In this document: in pieces, positions 29,683-38,114 of the stretch
How positions within the stretch are numbered: the first letter of the stretch is position 1
How the letters are laid out: every line of letters starts with the position of its first letter
NCBI GenBank assembly: GCA_902624425.1
Contig: CACNXK010000001.1
Span: forward strand, 128,432 to 192,431
DNA length: 64,000 bases
DNA from: an uncultured SAR86 cluster bacterium
GTDB taxonomy: Bacteria > Pseudomonadota > Gammaproteobacteria > Magnimaribacterales > D2472
Direction of reading: 5' to 3'
Made by a program: the position numbers and the translations under genes
Notes under the pieces: model-generated
The model's database searches: none
The model's input: the letters and a program-made list of their open reading frames with translations, nothing else
Told to the model about the DNA's origin: nothing

Positions 29683-30898
29683 ATTTACCAGCAAGTGTTA
29701 TTTGATAAATAAAAAAGAGTATGTTTATCAAACTTGTTAATAGAGTAAATTGCGTAGCAAGTGCTTGAAGAGACACCAGGCCTGATAAACAAATAGCCAA
29801 TATAGCTATATTCAAAACACCAATACAAAGAAGAGAATAAGGGCTATTTTGCATTAGCAACGCTGTCACAGTTGGTATTACTACTAATATGGCACCAAAT
29901 ATTACAACTTGTTCATATGAAAAACTATTTATATTCAAAAATAATGAATTTGAGATCAGAATCATTGCAAGCATCTGTATAGCAGCAAAAACCTTCGTGG
30001 AAGTTGACATAAAAGGATTATATTTATTTTTAAGATCAACAGGTTTGCTTGGATATTTGGCTTCAACATCGCTTGGTCTCCAGTAGGTGGGCGCATACCA
30101 AACCTTAAATTTATCTGAAAGTTTTTTAGTTCGCATAGAATCTAAGAACATATTGTAGAAAACTTGAAAATTTGCCCAGATAGGATTCCAGCTATTTAGG
30201 GCTTTTACTGTTCCATATACAGGTTTAACATCATCTTTCTCCTCTATATAAGTCCCAAAGATTCTATCCCATATAATAAAAACACCACCGTAGTTTGCAT
30301 CAATATATTCAGGATTTTTTGCATGGTGAACCCTATGATTTGATGGAGTAATAAATACTTTTTCCATCCATCCAAGTTTTGGAATATGCTCTGTATGAAC
30401 CCAATATTGATATAGTAGGTTTATTCCACCAACAGTAGCAAAAACTTCGGCTGGAATTCCTATAACCATCATCGGAATGTAAAACATCCATTTCCAAAGG
30501 AAACCTGTACTTGTTTGCCTTAATGCAGTTGCCAAGTTGTACTCTTCTCCATGGTGATGCACAACATGAGTAGCCCACAAAATTTTTATCTCATGATGCA
30601 TTCTATGTTGGATGTAATAGGTTAGGTCATACATCAAGAAAGCTATTACCCAAGTAGCCCAGCTATCTAGTGGCAGCAGCTTAAGATTGAATGTTGTAGC
30701 AGCTAACGTAAATAAAAAGGCATTAAAGCCTAGATTTAGAATCACAGGAAATCTGCTTATTAAACCAATGGAAATACTTACGAAAGTATCATTAATTCTG
30801 TAGGTATTATTTTTTACAATTAATCCATAGATAAATTCTATTATTATCAATAGAAAAAAAACTGGTATCGCATAAAAAATTAATACTGACTTATCCAT
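29648..30898 (-). CDS. fatty acid hydroxylase/sterol desaturase-family membrane protein fused to an extra C-terminal 4-TM region
   Basis: His boxes HRMHHE, HVVHHHGE and HRVHHAK. About 130 additional hydrophobic residues at the C-terminus. The 3-prime end overlaps the next gene by 35-47 nt. Confidence 0.75.
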   Translation of the reverse strand: MDKSVLIFYAIPVFFLLIIIEFIYGLIVKNNTYRINDTFVSISIGLISRFPVILNLGFNAFLFTLAATTFNLKLLPLDSWATWVIAFLMYDLTYYIQHRMHHEIKILWATHVVHHHGEEYNLATALRQTSTGFLWKWMFYIPMMVIGIPAEVFATVGGINLLYQYWVHTEHIPKLGWMEKVFITPSNHRVHHAKNPEYIDANYGGVFIIWDRIFGTYIEEKDDVKPVYGTVKALNSWNPIWANFQVFYNMFLDSMRTKKLSDKFKVWYAPTYWRPSDVEAKYPSKPVDLKNKYNPFMSTSTKVFAAIQMLAMILISNSLFLNINSFSYEQVVIFGAILVVIPTVTALLMQNSPYSLLCIGVLNIAILAICLSGLVSLQALATQFTLLTSLINILFFIYQITLAGKYEEFKLSNIRS

Positions 30899-30907
30899 AA
30901 AATAATT

Positions 30908-31723
30908 CTAATAGTTTTCTTTAATAAAATCTAAGATTCCGAGACAATTCTCGAATCCAGGAGAATGTGAGTATATACCGTTTATACCTGCAATTGCCAA
31001 TCTTTCATCAATTGCACTTTTTACATTCGACTCTAAAAATGTTCTACCCATAAAACAAATCTCTTCTTTTTGTAAAATATGGGCATTCGAAAAAGCAACT
31101 GTACCAATAATTTCTCCGATCATATTGGTAAGTGCTTTTGCAATATCCTCTTTTCTGTAAGTGTCCTCTGAAACTTTTGCAAAATTTGAGGCACTGAGAT
31201 TAGGTTTTAAAATATCTATCCCAGATACAACATCTTTTATCAAAAAATCTACCTCAGAGCGGTCTCCAGCATTTGCTAATTTGGAAATTCTTTCAATATT
31301 TGTCTCATTTAAAAGCAATTTAGACAGACCAATAAGTGTTCCTCCACCAACTGGGATACCCCCAATGTATTGATAATTATTGTCTTTATCTCCGAAAATA
31401 CATCCAGTTCCAGTACCCAAACTCATTACTAAAAAAGAATCTTTTATTTCAAAGATTTCTTTAGCACCTCTTCCTATTGCTTCAACTTCAGGAACCTGAA
31501 TTATTTTGATTTCATTTATTTCATTTAGGAAATCTTTAGTTTTACCACCACTTACTCCAATACAATCAATTTCTTTAAATGAAATTTTGATTCTATCGAG
31601 AAGCTCTAAGAGATTATTTTCTTTCACAGGTAATTTAGTTTTGAAATTAAAAAAATCAATATTCCCATTATCTGATATTGCAATATCAGTATTTGAAATA
31701 CCAAAATCAAAAGCCGCAATCAT
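30908..31723 (-). CDS. type II pantothenate kinase-like ASKHA ATPase
   Basis: Collinear with my recollection of S. aureus CoaW: FDFGISNTD, SLGTGTG, IGGIPVGGGTLIGLSKLL, AGDRSEVDFLIKDV, LSASNF. Membership of the BadF/BcrAD ATPase family cannot be excluded. Confidence 0.6.
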   Translation of the reverse strand: MIAAFDFGISNTDIAISDNGNIDFFNFKTKLPVKENNLLELLDRIKISFKEIDCIGVSGGKTKDFLNEINEIKIIQVPEVEAIGRGAKEIFEIKDSFLVMSLGTGTGCIFGDKDNNYQYIGGIPVGGGTLIGLSKLLLNETNIERISKLANAGDRSEVDFLIKDVVSGIDILKPNLSASNFAKVSEDTYRKEDIAKALTNMIGEIIGTVAFSNAHILQKEEICFMGRTFLESNVKSAIDERLAIAGINGIYSHSPGFENCLGILDFIKENY

Positions 31724-32085
31724 TCTTCTTTAGATAAGATAAGTAAACCTGCAAGTATCCCTAAATTTTTGACAAAATTTTGCGTTTCATGAGCTTGATT
31801 AGGGTCACCACTTAAATTCCAAAAATCATGAATATAAAAATTTATCAGTAAAGTAGTAATCGCCAGACCAATAGAGCTTATTCGCAAATACTTCCCAAAT
31901 ATAATAAAAGATCCAAGAAAGATTTGAGCAATTGCAATCAAAGATAATGAAAAAACTGGGAATGGAACTTCTTTAGCAATCACTAACTCTAAATTTGCTG
32001 AAAAAAGAAAAACTTTTGCTATCCCAGGAAGCAAAAAATAAATCCCAATCAGCACTCTTCCAAGAGTGAAAAGATTTTTATACAT
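31720..32085 (-). CDS. DoxX-family membrane protein
   Basis: 121 aa with 4 TM and an N-terminal RVLIGIYFLLPGIAK motif. Overlaps the downstream gene by 4 nt. Confidence 0.6.
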   Translation of the reverse strand: MYKNLFTLGRVLIGIYFLLPGIAKVFLFSANLELVIAKEVPFPVFSLSLIAIAQIFLGSFIIFGKYLRISSIGLAITTLLINFYIHDFWNLSGDPNQAHETQNFVKNLGILAGLLILSKEE

Positions 32086-32100
32086 GCTTGCTAGCTAAAA

Positions 32101-34302
32101 TTATTCAGATCCAGCATTTGGCCAAACTAAAGGAACTTGCTGTTGCGGATTAAATACTCTTGGTCCTTGAGCAGGATAAGCATTTTTAGCCGCTATTATT
32201 TCCTCTTCACTCAAATATTCGCTCGGTAAGAGCTTAAAGACATCTAAACCTCTTTTAATCTCAGTGCCGTAAATAAAACCTTCGTAATAATAAGTTGACC
32301 AATATCCTCCTGAAATTAAAAGGTCCTTTAGGATTGGCCCCCGATCAAAATATGCTATCTCAACAGGATTAGAGGAATCTGTGAAATCCATTACAGATAG
32401 ACCCCCTTGATACCAAGCTTGAACAAAAATATCACGATTTGGTATAGGGATTATTGAGCCATTATGAGCAACACAATTTTCTGTCTCCATTTGTGGAGCT
32501 GGCATTTTGTAATGACTTCTGAACTCTAATTTATTATCAACAATGTCATATATTGCATCCGCACCCCAATCTAACGGGTCCCATGCTCTACATCTAGCTC
32601 TTCCTCCGCCACCCCACTCATCAGTGAATATAACTTTAGTACCATCATTATTAAAAGTAGCTGAGTGCCAGTATGCAAAGCCTATGTCAGTAACAACGTC
32701 AAGCCTTTGAGGATTATATGGATCTGAGATATCAAAAAGTATTCCATTACCTGAGCATGCTCCTGCAGCTAATTTTGCTGTTGGAAAAACTGTAATGTCA
32801 TGGCACTGATCAGTTCTTCGAGTGTCTTGAGTATCATCACCATGATCTCCACCTCTCCAAAGACCAGCAAGCGAGCCTGTTTCAGGGTCAGCAAATACAG
32901 CTGGACTTGAAACAATGCGAGATTTAGATGGATCTGAAATAGGTATTTCTATTACATCAATTCTAAAGAGGGCAGTTCTCTGATCTCCAGCAATGTTTCC
33001 AACACATTCTTCCATTTCTTCGTCATCTCTTACACCACCAGTCCCAGAGTTGTAGACAATGATTTTTCCATCTAGTGTTGGACCTTCAACAACTGAATGA
33101 GTGTGAGAGCCTCTGCATGTTTGCACAGCTCCCACTTGTTTTGGCCTTTCTATATCTGATATATCAAATATTCTTATTCCTCTAAATCTGTCAGGGTTAG
33201 CATCTCTGCTAACGCCTTCAAGCCCGCAGTCAATCCTGCTTCTATTTTCCTCAACAGACATAATTAAAATATCTCCAACAATTGAGACATCACCTTGACC
33301 GCCTGGACAAACAACTGAAGATACAAGATTTGGAATGCCATCAGGTCCAATTTTGTACATATTAAATCCGTGATAACTTCCAGCAACAAGTAAGTCATCT
33401 CGAAAGGCCATGTCGGTATTTGCAAAACTCAGCATTGGAGATCGAAGAGATCTTGATATTTCAGCAGTTGTTTTTCCTTCATTATCTTCTGTCAGATCTT
33501 CTGATCCTTTACCTTCGGGATTGCCAGGATCAAAAAACCCGGTAGGTTTCCTTAGAGAAGTAATTAATTCTAAATTTAAGATTGCTTCATCAGCTGTATA
33601 TAAGCCATGGGCCAGCCCAGATCTTGGATCATCAGATAGACCGACTGCAATAGTATTCATTCTTTCAATTTCAACACCTTGATCATTCACTAAATCAGAA
33701 ACAAATTCGTTTAAAATTGGATCGTATGCTGCACCTGAAAATTTTTTAAGCTCTTTAACCATTTCGAGAGCTCCATCATGATGCGCTATCATCAATTGGA
33801 GGAAAAGTCTGTCAAAGTCTGTACTTTTTGAATTCTCTAGTTTATTTAATTGCTCGGGAGATGCCATTCCAACCATTTCTAAATGCATATTCATATCGTG
33901 GTGATCCATATCGTGGTGACCCATCATATGATGATCATTTTCTCCCGGAATACTCTCGTCTCTATCTTTAAGCCAACCTTCCATGAAGCTGATTTCGTCT
34001 TCTTGAGATGCATCAATCCGATCAGCTAAATCCACAATAGTGGGATTATTTGTTCTTTTACCAACCATACTAGACATAAGTATTGCCTGCTCATGATGCA
34101 CTATCATTCCTTGAAGGAACTTAACATCAGCCTCAATATATGAGGTATTAGCAATATTTGTTGCATCCTCGGCATCTAGATTTCTAGATTCTTCTCCAGG
34201 TGCTCCTGGCAAAATAATTGGTGCATTATTTGCTGTTAACTCTGTATTTAAAAATAAGATACAAATTGAAAATAAAGCTTGAAGTGATAAATTCTTTAAC
34301 AT
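32101..34302 (-). CDS. secreted DUF305 (ferritin-like) domain + His/Met-rich linker + LVIVD-repeat beta-propeller protein
   Basis: Signal peptide. Two DUF305 half-motifs (FLQGMIVHHEQAI, FLQLMIAHHDGAL) flank HHMMGHHDMDHHDMNMH. The C-terminal 450 aa or so carries repeated propeller-like blades (GDILIMSV, IRIFDISD, GILFDISDP, LSVMDFTD). Confidence 0.7.
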   Translation of the reverse strand: MLKNLSLQALFSICILFLNTELTANNAPIILPGAPGEESRNLDAEDATNIANTSYIEADVKFLQGMIVHHEQAILMSSMVGKRTNNPTIVDLADRIDASQEDEISFMEGWLKDRDESIPGENDHHMMGHHDMDHHDMNMHLEMVGMASPEQLNKLENSKSTDFDRLFLQLMIAHHDGALEMVKELKKFSGAAYDPILNEFVSDLVNDQGVEIERMNTIAVGLSDDPRSGLAHGLYTADEAILNLELITSLRKPTGFFDPGNPEGKGSEDLTEDNEGKTTAEISRSLRSPMLSFANTDMAFRDDLLVAGSYHGFNMYKIGPDGIPNLVSSVVCPGGQGDVSIVGDILIMSVEENRSRIDCGLEGVSRDANPDRFRGIRIFDISDIERPKQVGAVQTCRGSHTHSVVEGPTLDGKIIVYNSGTGGVRDDEEMEECVGNIAGDQRTALFRIDVIEIPISDPSKSRIVSSPAVFADPETGSLAGLWRGGDHGDDTQDTRRTDQCHDITVFPTAKLAAGACSGNGILFDISDPYNPQRLDVVTDIGFAYWHSATFNNDGTKVIFTDEWGGGGRARCRAWDPLDWGADAIYDIVDNKLEFRSHYKMPAPQMETENCVAHNGSIIPIPNRDIFVQAWYQGGLSVMDFTDSSNPVEIAYFDRGPILKDLLISGGYWSTYYYEGFIYGTEIKRGLDVFKLLPSEYLSEEEIIAAKNAYPAQGPRVFNPQQQVPLVWPNAGSE

Positions 34303-34316
34303 AATAAATTCCTAGG

Positions 34317-34439
34317 TCATTTAAACCGGTTTATTCGATCTTCTCTTTCAGTTTGTTTTTTTGATGCTTTTACTTTTCCAAGCTTAAAAAAAACTAAAAG
34401 AGAAACAACGGCAAGTATTATAAAAAATAAATTTTCCAA
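34317..34439 (-). CDS. candidate 40-aa single-TM mini-protein (TTG start)
   Basis: (L/M)ENLFFIILAVVSLLVFFKLGKVKASKKQTEREDRINRFK. It fills the only >100-nt gap in an otherwise gapless gene string. No ATG is available and it is too short for the ORF track. Confidence 0.3.
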   Translation of the reverse strand: MENLFFIILAVVSLLVFFKLGKVKASKKQTEREDRINRFK

Positions 34440-34442
34440 GAC

Positions 34443-35237
34443 CTATCTCGATCTAATCTTTGCCAAAAGTCTGAGGATTTCAAGGTAAAGCCAGACTAAA
34501 GTTACCATTAGTGAAAATGCTCCATACCATTCCATATACTTAGGAAGACCAACCTCAGAACCTTCTTCAATAAAGTCAAAATCTAAGACTAGATTAAATG
34601 AAGCAATTGCTACAACAAAAAGAGAAAAGGCTATACCACCAATCCCATTTGAGTGTATAAATCCAATACTATTCCCAAAGAGAGACATTATAATATTTAC
34701 CAAATATAAAATAGCTATACCACCAGTTGCTGAAACGACCATTAAACGAAAGTTTTCAGTGGGTTTAACAATTCCGCTTTTGTAACAAAATAGAAGTGTA
34801 GCTAGGATTCCAAAAGTTAGCCCAATTGCTTGAATGCCAATTCCAGGATACATAGCTTCAAATACTGCTGTTATTGCCCCAAGAAGGACTCCCTCAACAA
34901 CAGCATATGCGGGCGCTGTATAAGGAGAGTTTTTAGGCCTGAATATTGTAAAAAGAGCTATGACAAAACCTATAAGCGCAGCAGGCAATACTAATGCTTG
35001 AGCATTCCATCCAAAATATGCGCCACCAAAACATAAAGCCAAAAGAATGCCTGTCTTATTTACAGTCCCATCAAGAGACATTGTTCCTTCAGAAAGACTT
35101 TGGTTTGTATGAAGATGATTTTGATAAGAGGGATTCCTAACTGAATCATCAGTAGTGGTTTGATTTGTATTAAAGTGATTTCGAAAAGCTGGATTTCCAG
35201 ATCTTCCAAATCTATTCAGTGCATTATGTTTAGACAT
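34443..35237 (-). CDS. Bax inhibitor-1/YccA-family membrane protein with N-terminal Asn/Gln/His-rich extension
   Basis: 264 aa with 7 hydrophobic spans. BI-1-type C-terminal basic tail (LLAKIRSR). Confidence 0.75.
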   Translation of the reverse strand: MSKHNALNRFGRSGNPAFRNHFNTNQTTTDDSVRNPSYQNHLHTNQSLSEGTMSLDGTVNKTGILLALCFGGAYFGWNAQALVLPAALIGFVIALFTIFRPKNSPYTAPAYAVVEGVLLGAITAVFEAMYPGIGIQAIGLTFGILATLLFCYKSGIVKPTENFRLMVVSATGGIAILYLVNIIMSLFGNSIGFIHSNGIGGIAFSLFVVAIASFNLVLDFDFIEEGSEVGLPKYMEWYGAFSLMVTLVWLYLEILRLLAKIRSR

Positions 35238-35255
35238 TATTTTTTCTGTTTTAAA

Positions 35256-36356
35256 TTAAACTGGGATTTTTTCAAATTCTTCAAGTGGTTTTCTTAACTC
35301 AGCCCAATCACACTCAAAATCATCAGGAGCATTCTCGTACTCCAATAGGCCAAGAGCTTCGAATTTTGGTCTGACCTCATCAGTTAAGAGGCCGATTCTT
35401 GATAGATTAGGAATAACTCTTGAAAAAAGGAAGTTTCTAAACATTTCAAAGCTTCCAGTATTTAAAGTAAATTCTCTTGCTTCTTCTTCAGACATATTCA
35501 AGAATCTTTGTTGAGCTTTTGTATTTATTAGCCTTTCTCTTGAAATTACACAAGCTTCGTAAGCAAAATTTGCTCTCTCGCTTATTTCTTCAGGGCTAAG
35601 AGTTTTTACAAAGTCTTCTAAATAGTTAATTCCAAAAGTGACATGTCTTGCTTCATCTCTTACGACATAATGAAGAAGTTGTTTAAGTAATGGATCTTTT
35701 GAAATAGATTTGAGCATTGAAAAGGCTGCAAGTGCAAGACCTTCAATAATAATTTGCATACCTATAAATTTGAGATCCCATCTTTCATCAGTGAGTATCT
35801 TATCTAGTAATGCTTTTAAAGCCGGGTTAATGGGGTAATGTATACCAATTTTTTCCTGGAGATATCTATTAAAAACTTCAACATGCCTTGCTTCATCAAA
35901 TGTTTGAGATGCTGCATATAGTTTTGCATTATAAGTTGGCGCACAGCTTGCTAATTGAGATGCAACAAGAAGAGCGCCTTGCTCACCATGAAGAAATTGA
36001 CTCATTAGCTCAGCAACATCGTGCCTATCAAAAAGGATTTTTTCCTCATCAGAAAGTTTATTATATGCCTCTAAAGTTTCGTGCGGTAACTCATCGTCCG
36101 TCTCCATAATTCTTTCATCAGCAGGATGCGTATAATCCCAATTAAGGTCAATTGACCCATTCCAATTAAGCTCTTTACCAAGCTCATATAATTTTTTGAT
36201 TCTATTATCCGCGACAGTATAGTCCCAGTTATAAGATCCAGTTAGAGGGGTATTGAATATTTCAACTACATCCTCAACTTGTGATTGTGAAAGAGGAAGA
36301 TCGTCATCAAAATAGATAAGATCTTCAGGTGGTCCGCTTTGTTTTTTGATTTTCAT
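35256..36356 (-). CDS. ferritin-like diiron-carboxylate protein (oxygenase/oxidase-type)
   Basis: Four-helix ligand pattern E/ExxH/E/ExxH: HGEQGAL, FDEARHVEVF, IIEGLALAAF, RDEARHVTFG. Confidence 0.65.
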   Translation of the reverse strand: MKIKKQSGPPEDLIYFDDDLPLSQSQVEDVVEIFNTPLTGSYNWDYTVADNRIKKLYELGKELNWNGSIDLNWDYTHPADERIMETDDELPHETLEAYNKLSDEEKILFDRHDVAELMSQFLHGEQGALLVASQLASCAPTYNAKLYAASQTFDEARHVEVFNRYLQEKIGIHYPINPALKALLDKILTDERWDLKFIGMQIIIEGLALAAFSMLKSISKDPLLKQLLHYVVRDEARHVTFGINYLEDFVKTLSPEEISERANFAYEACVISRERLINTKAQQRFLNMSEEEAREFTLNTGSFEMFRNFLFSRVIPNLSRIGLLTDEVRPKFEALGLLEYENAPDDFECDWAELRKPLEEFEKIPV

Positions 36357-36371
36357 AAGTTAATTATAAAG

Positions 36372-38114
36372 TTATTCAAAAAGCTCAGTCAATTCATCAA
36401 GAAGTGTTTCACCTAGACTATCCGCATTACTAATGGTTATTGCATGACTATAGTATTTAGTGACGTCATGACCTATACCAATTGCCAACAACTCAATTTG
36501 ATTTTTTTCATAAATATCAGCAATTACTTCACGCAGATGATTATCAAGATAGTGAGGATTGTTTGCAGAAAGAGAGCTATCATCAACTGGAGCACCATCT
36601 GATATGACAATCATAATTTTTCTATCCTCAAACCTTTTTTGGAGTCTTTTATTTGCCCATTGGAGAGCTTCACCATCAATATTTTCTTTTAATAAGCCAT
36701 CTTTTAATATTACCCCAAGAGATTTACGTGACTTTCTCCAACTATCTTCAGCTGATTTAAAAATGATGTGTCTTAAGTCATTTAGTCTTCCTGGATAAGA
36801 AAAACCTCCTCTTTGAAGCCAACTCTTTCTTGCATCGCCGCCTTTCCAATGTTTTGTTGTATAGCCTAAGACTTCTGTCTTAACTGAGCATCTTTCCAAA
36901 GTGGTGCCAATAATTTCAGCACAAACTGCTGCAAGGTTTATCGATCTTCCCCTCATTGATCCCGAGCAATCAATCAGTATTGAGATTACCGTATCTTTAA
37001 AATCACTTTGTTTTTCCTCTTTAAAACTCAATGGTTTGTTTGAGTCAGTAATAATCCTAGTAAGTTTAGATGTATCAAGCACACCCTCATCTAAGTCAAA
37101 CTTCCAAGATCTATTTTGTTTAGCAAGAAGTAAACGTTGAAGTCTATTAGCTAATTTACCAATCGTTTGAAGATGAGGCTGGATGAGTTTATCTAATTGT
37201 ATTCTTAGACGATTTATTTCTTTAACATTAGATAAGTCTGAAGCAGAAATAATTTCATCATATTTATTGGTAAAAATCTTGTAGCTATTATTTTCTTGAT
37301 TTGGTTGGTTATCTTCAAAATTTACATTTGCCTCAAGCTCCTCATCAATTGATATTTCAGCTTCTTGCAATATTTCTTGCTCATCTTGCATTTCATCAAC
37401 AAGTGATTGCATAAGATCTATCTCATTTTTTACTTCTTCCTGATTTTCAACTTCATCCATATCTGTGGAAGAAATATCATCGTTTTCAGCGCTTTGCTCA
37501 TCAAATTTTTCATTTTCATCATGATCATCAGACTCATCTTGTTCAATCAGTTTTAAAACATCTAGAAGAGATAAAGAGCTTTTTATAAATGATTCCTCAT
37601 TTTCTATTTGAGCAATCATTTGCTTCGAAATTTGTTTAATTTTTTTAGAACCAATACCTGGTATTTGTTCAATCAACTTCTTTTGATCTTTCTCAAGCTT
37701 AAAACCGTTGAGACCTTTAAACCACAGGTTAATAAGTGTTGATAATTGGATCTCATCCTCTGCTAAGTTATGAGTAAAATCATTTGAAAAGTTTTGGATA
37801 TTTAATTTAGCTCCTTCATATTCTCGAGAACCTAAAATCTCAGCTCTTGCCATTTTGAGTTCATCCAAAACTTCTCCAGCATCACCAGGTAAAGTCTTTT
37901 TCATTTGATTGTGTTTAAACCAAAACGCTTGCCTATCTGCTCTCCCTTTCCAAGCAGATAATTTTCTCTTGATTCTTGGTGGATTTTTAAGATTTAATTT
38001 TGAGCCACTTGGAATAAGTTTATTAGTATTTTCTATGACAATTTCTTTATTCTTTGTTACAGCCTTTGTCCATGATAGGACTGCATTTTGTTGCTCATCA
38101 ATTTTTGCTGACAT
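36372..38114 (-). CDS. cobT: CobT-type vWA protein (cobaltochelatase subunit T family)
   Basis: 580 aa with a CobT-like N-terminal part and a long acidic linker (DESDDHDENEKFDEQSAENDD...). The C-terminal vWA has a MIDAS-like motif (DCSGSM). Start overlaps the cobS stop (TAATG). Confidence 0.8.
   Translation of the reverse strand: MSAKIDEQQNAVLSWTKAVTKNKEIVIENTNKLIPSGSKLNLKNPPRIKRKLSAWKGRADRQAFWFKHNQMKKTLPGDAGEVLDELKMARAEILGSREYEGAKLNIQNFSNDFTHNLAEDEIQLSTLINLWFKGLNGFKLEKDQKKLIEQIPGIGSKKIKQISKQMIAQIENEESFIKSSLSLLDVLKLIEQDESDDHDENEKFDEQSAENDDISSTDMDEVENQEEVKNEIDLMQSLVDEMQDEQEILQEAEISIDEELEANVNFEDNQPNQENNSYKIFTNKYDEIISASDLSNVKEINRLRIQLDKLIQPHLQTIGKLANRLQRLLLAKQNRSWKFDLDEGVLDTSKLTRIITDSNKPLSFKEEKQSDFKDTVISILIDCSGSMRGRSINLAAVCAEIIGTTLERCSVKTEVLGYTTKHWKGGDARKSWLQRGGFSYPGRLNDLRHIIFKSAEDSWRKSRKSLGVILKDGLLKENIDGEALQWANKRLQKRFEDRKIMIVISDGAPVDDSSLSANNPHYLDNHLREVIADIYEKNQIELLAIGIGHDVTKYYSHAITISNADSLGETLLDELTELFE

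Noticed and set aside
33892-33921. The 15-nt tandem direct repeat (catatcgtggtga[t/c]cca) considered as a repeat element.
   Set aside because: It is in-frame coding duplication of the HHDMD unit within the His/Met-rich loop of the DUF305 protein. It is noted under that finding instead.
35100-35200. An imperfect tandem duplication in the 5-prime part of the BI-1 gene (FRNHFNTNQTT / YQNHLHTNQSL).
   Set aside because: It is a low-complexity N-terminal extension with degenerate repeats. There is no evidence of a function separable from the CDS.
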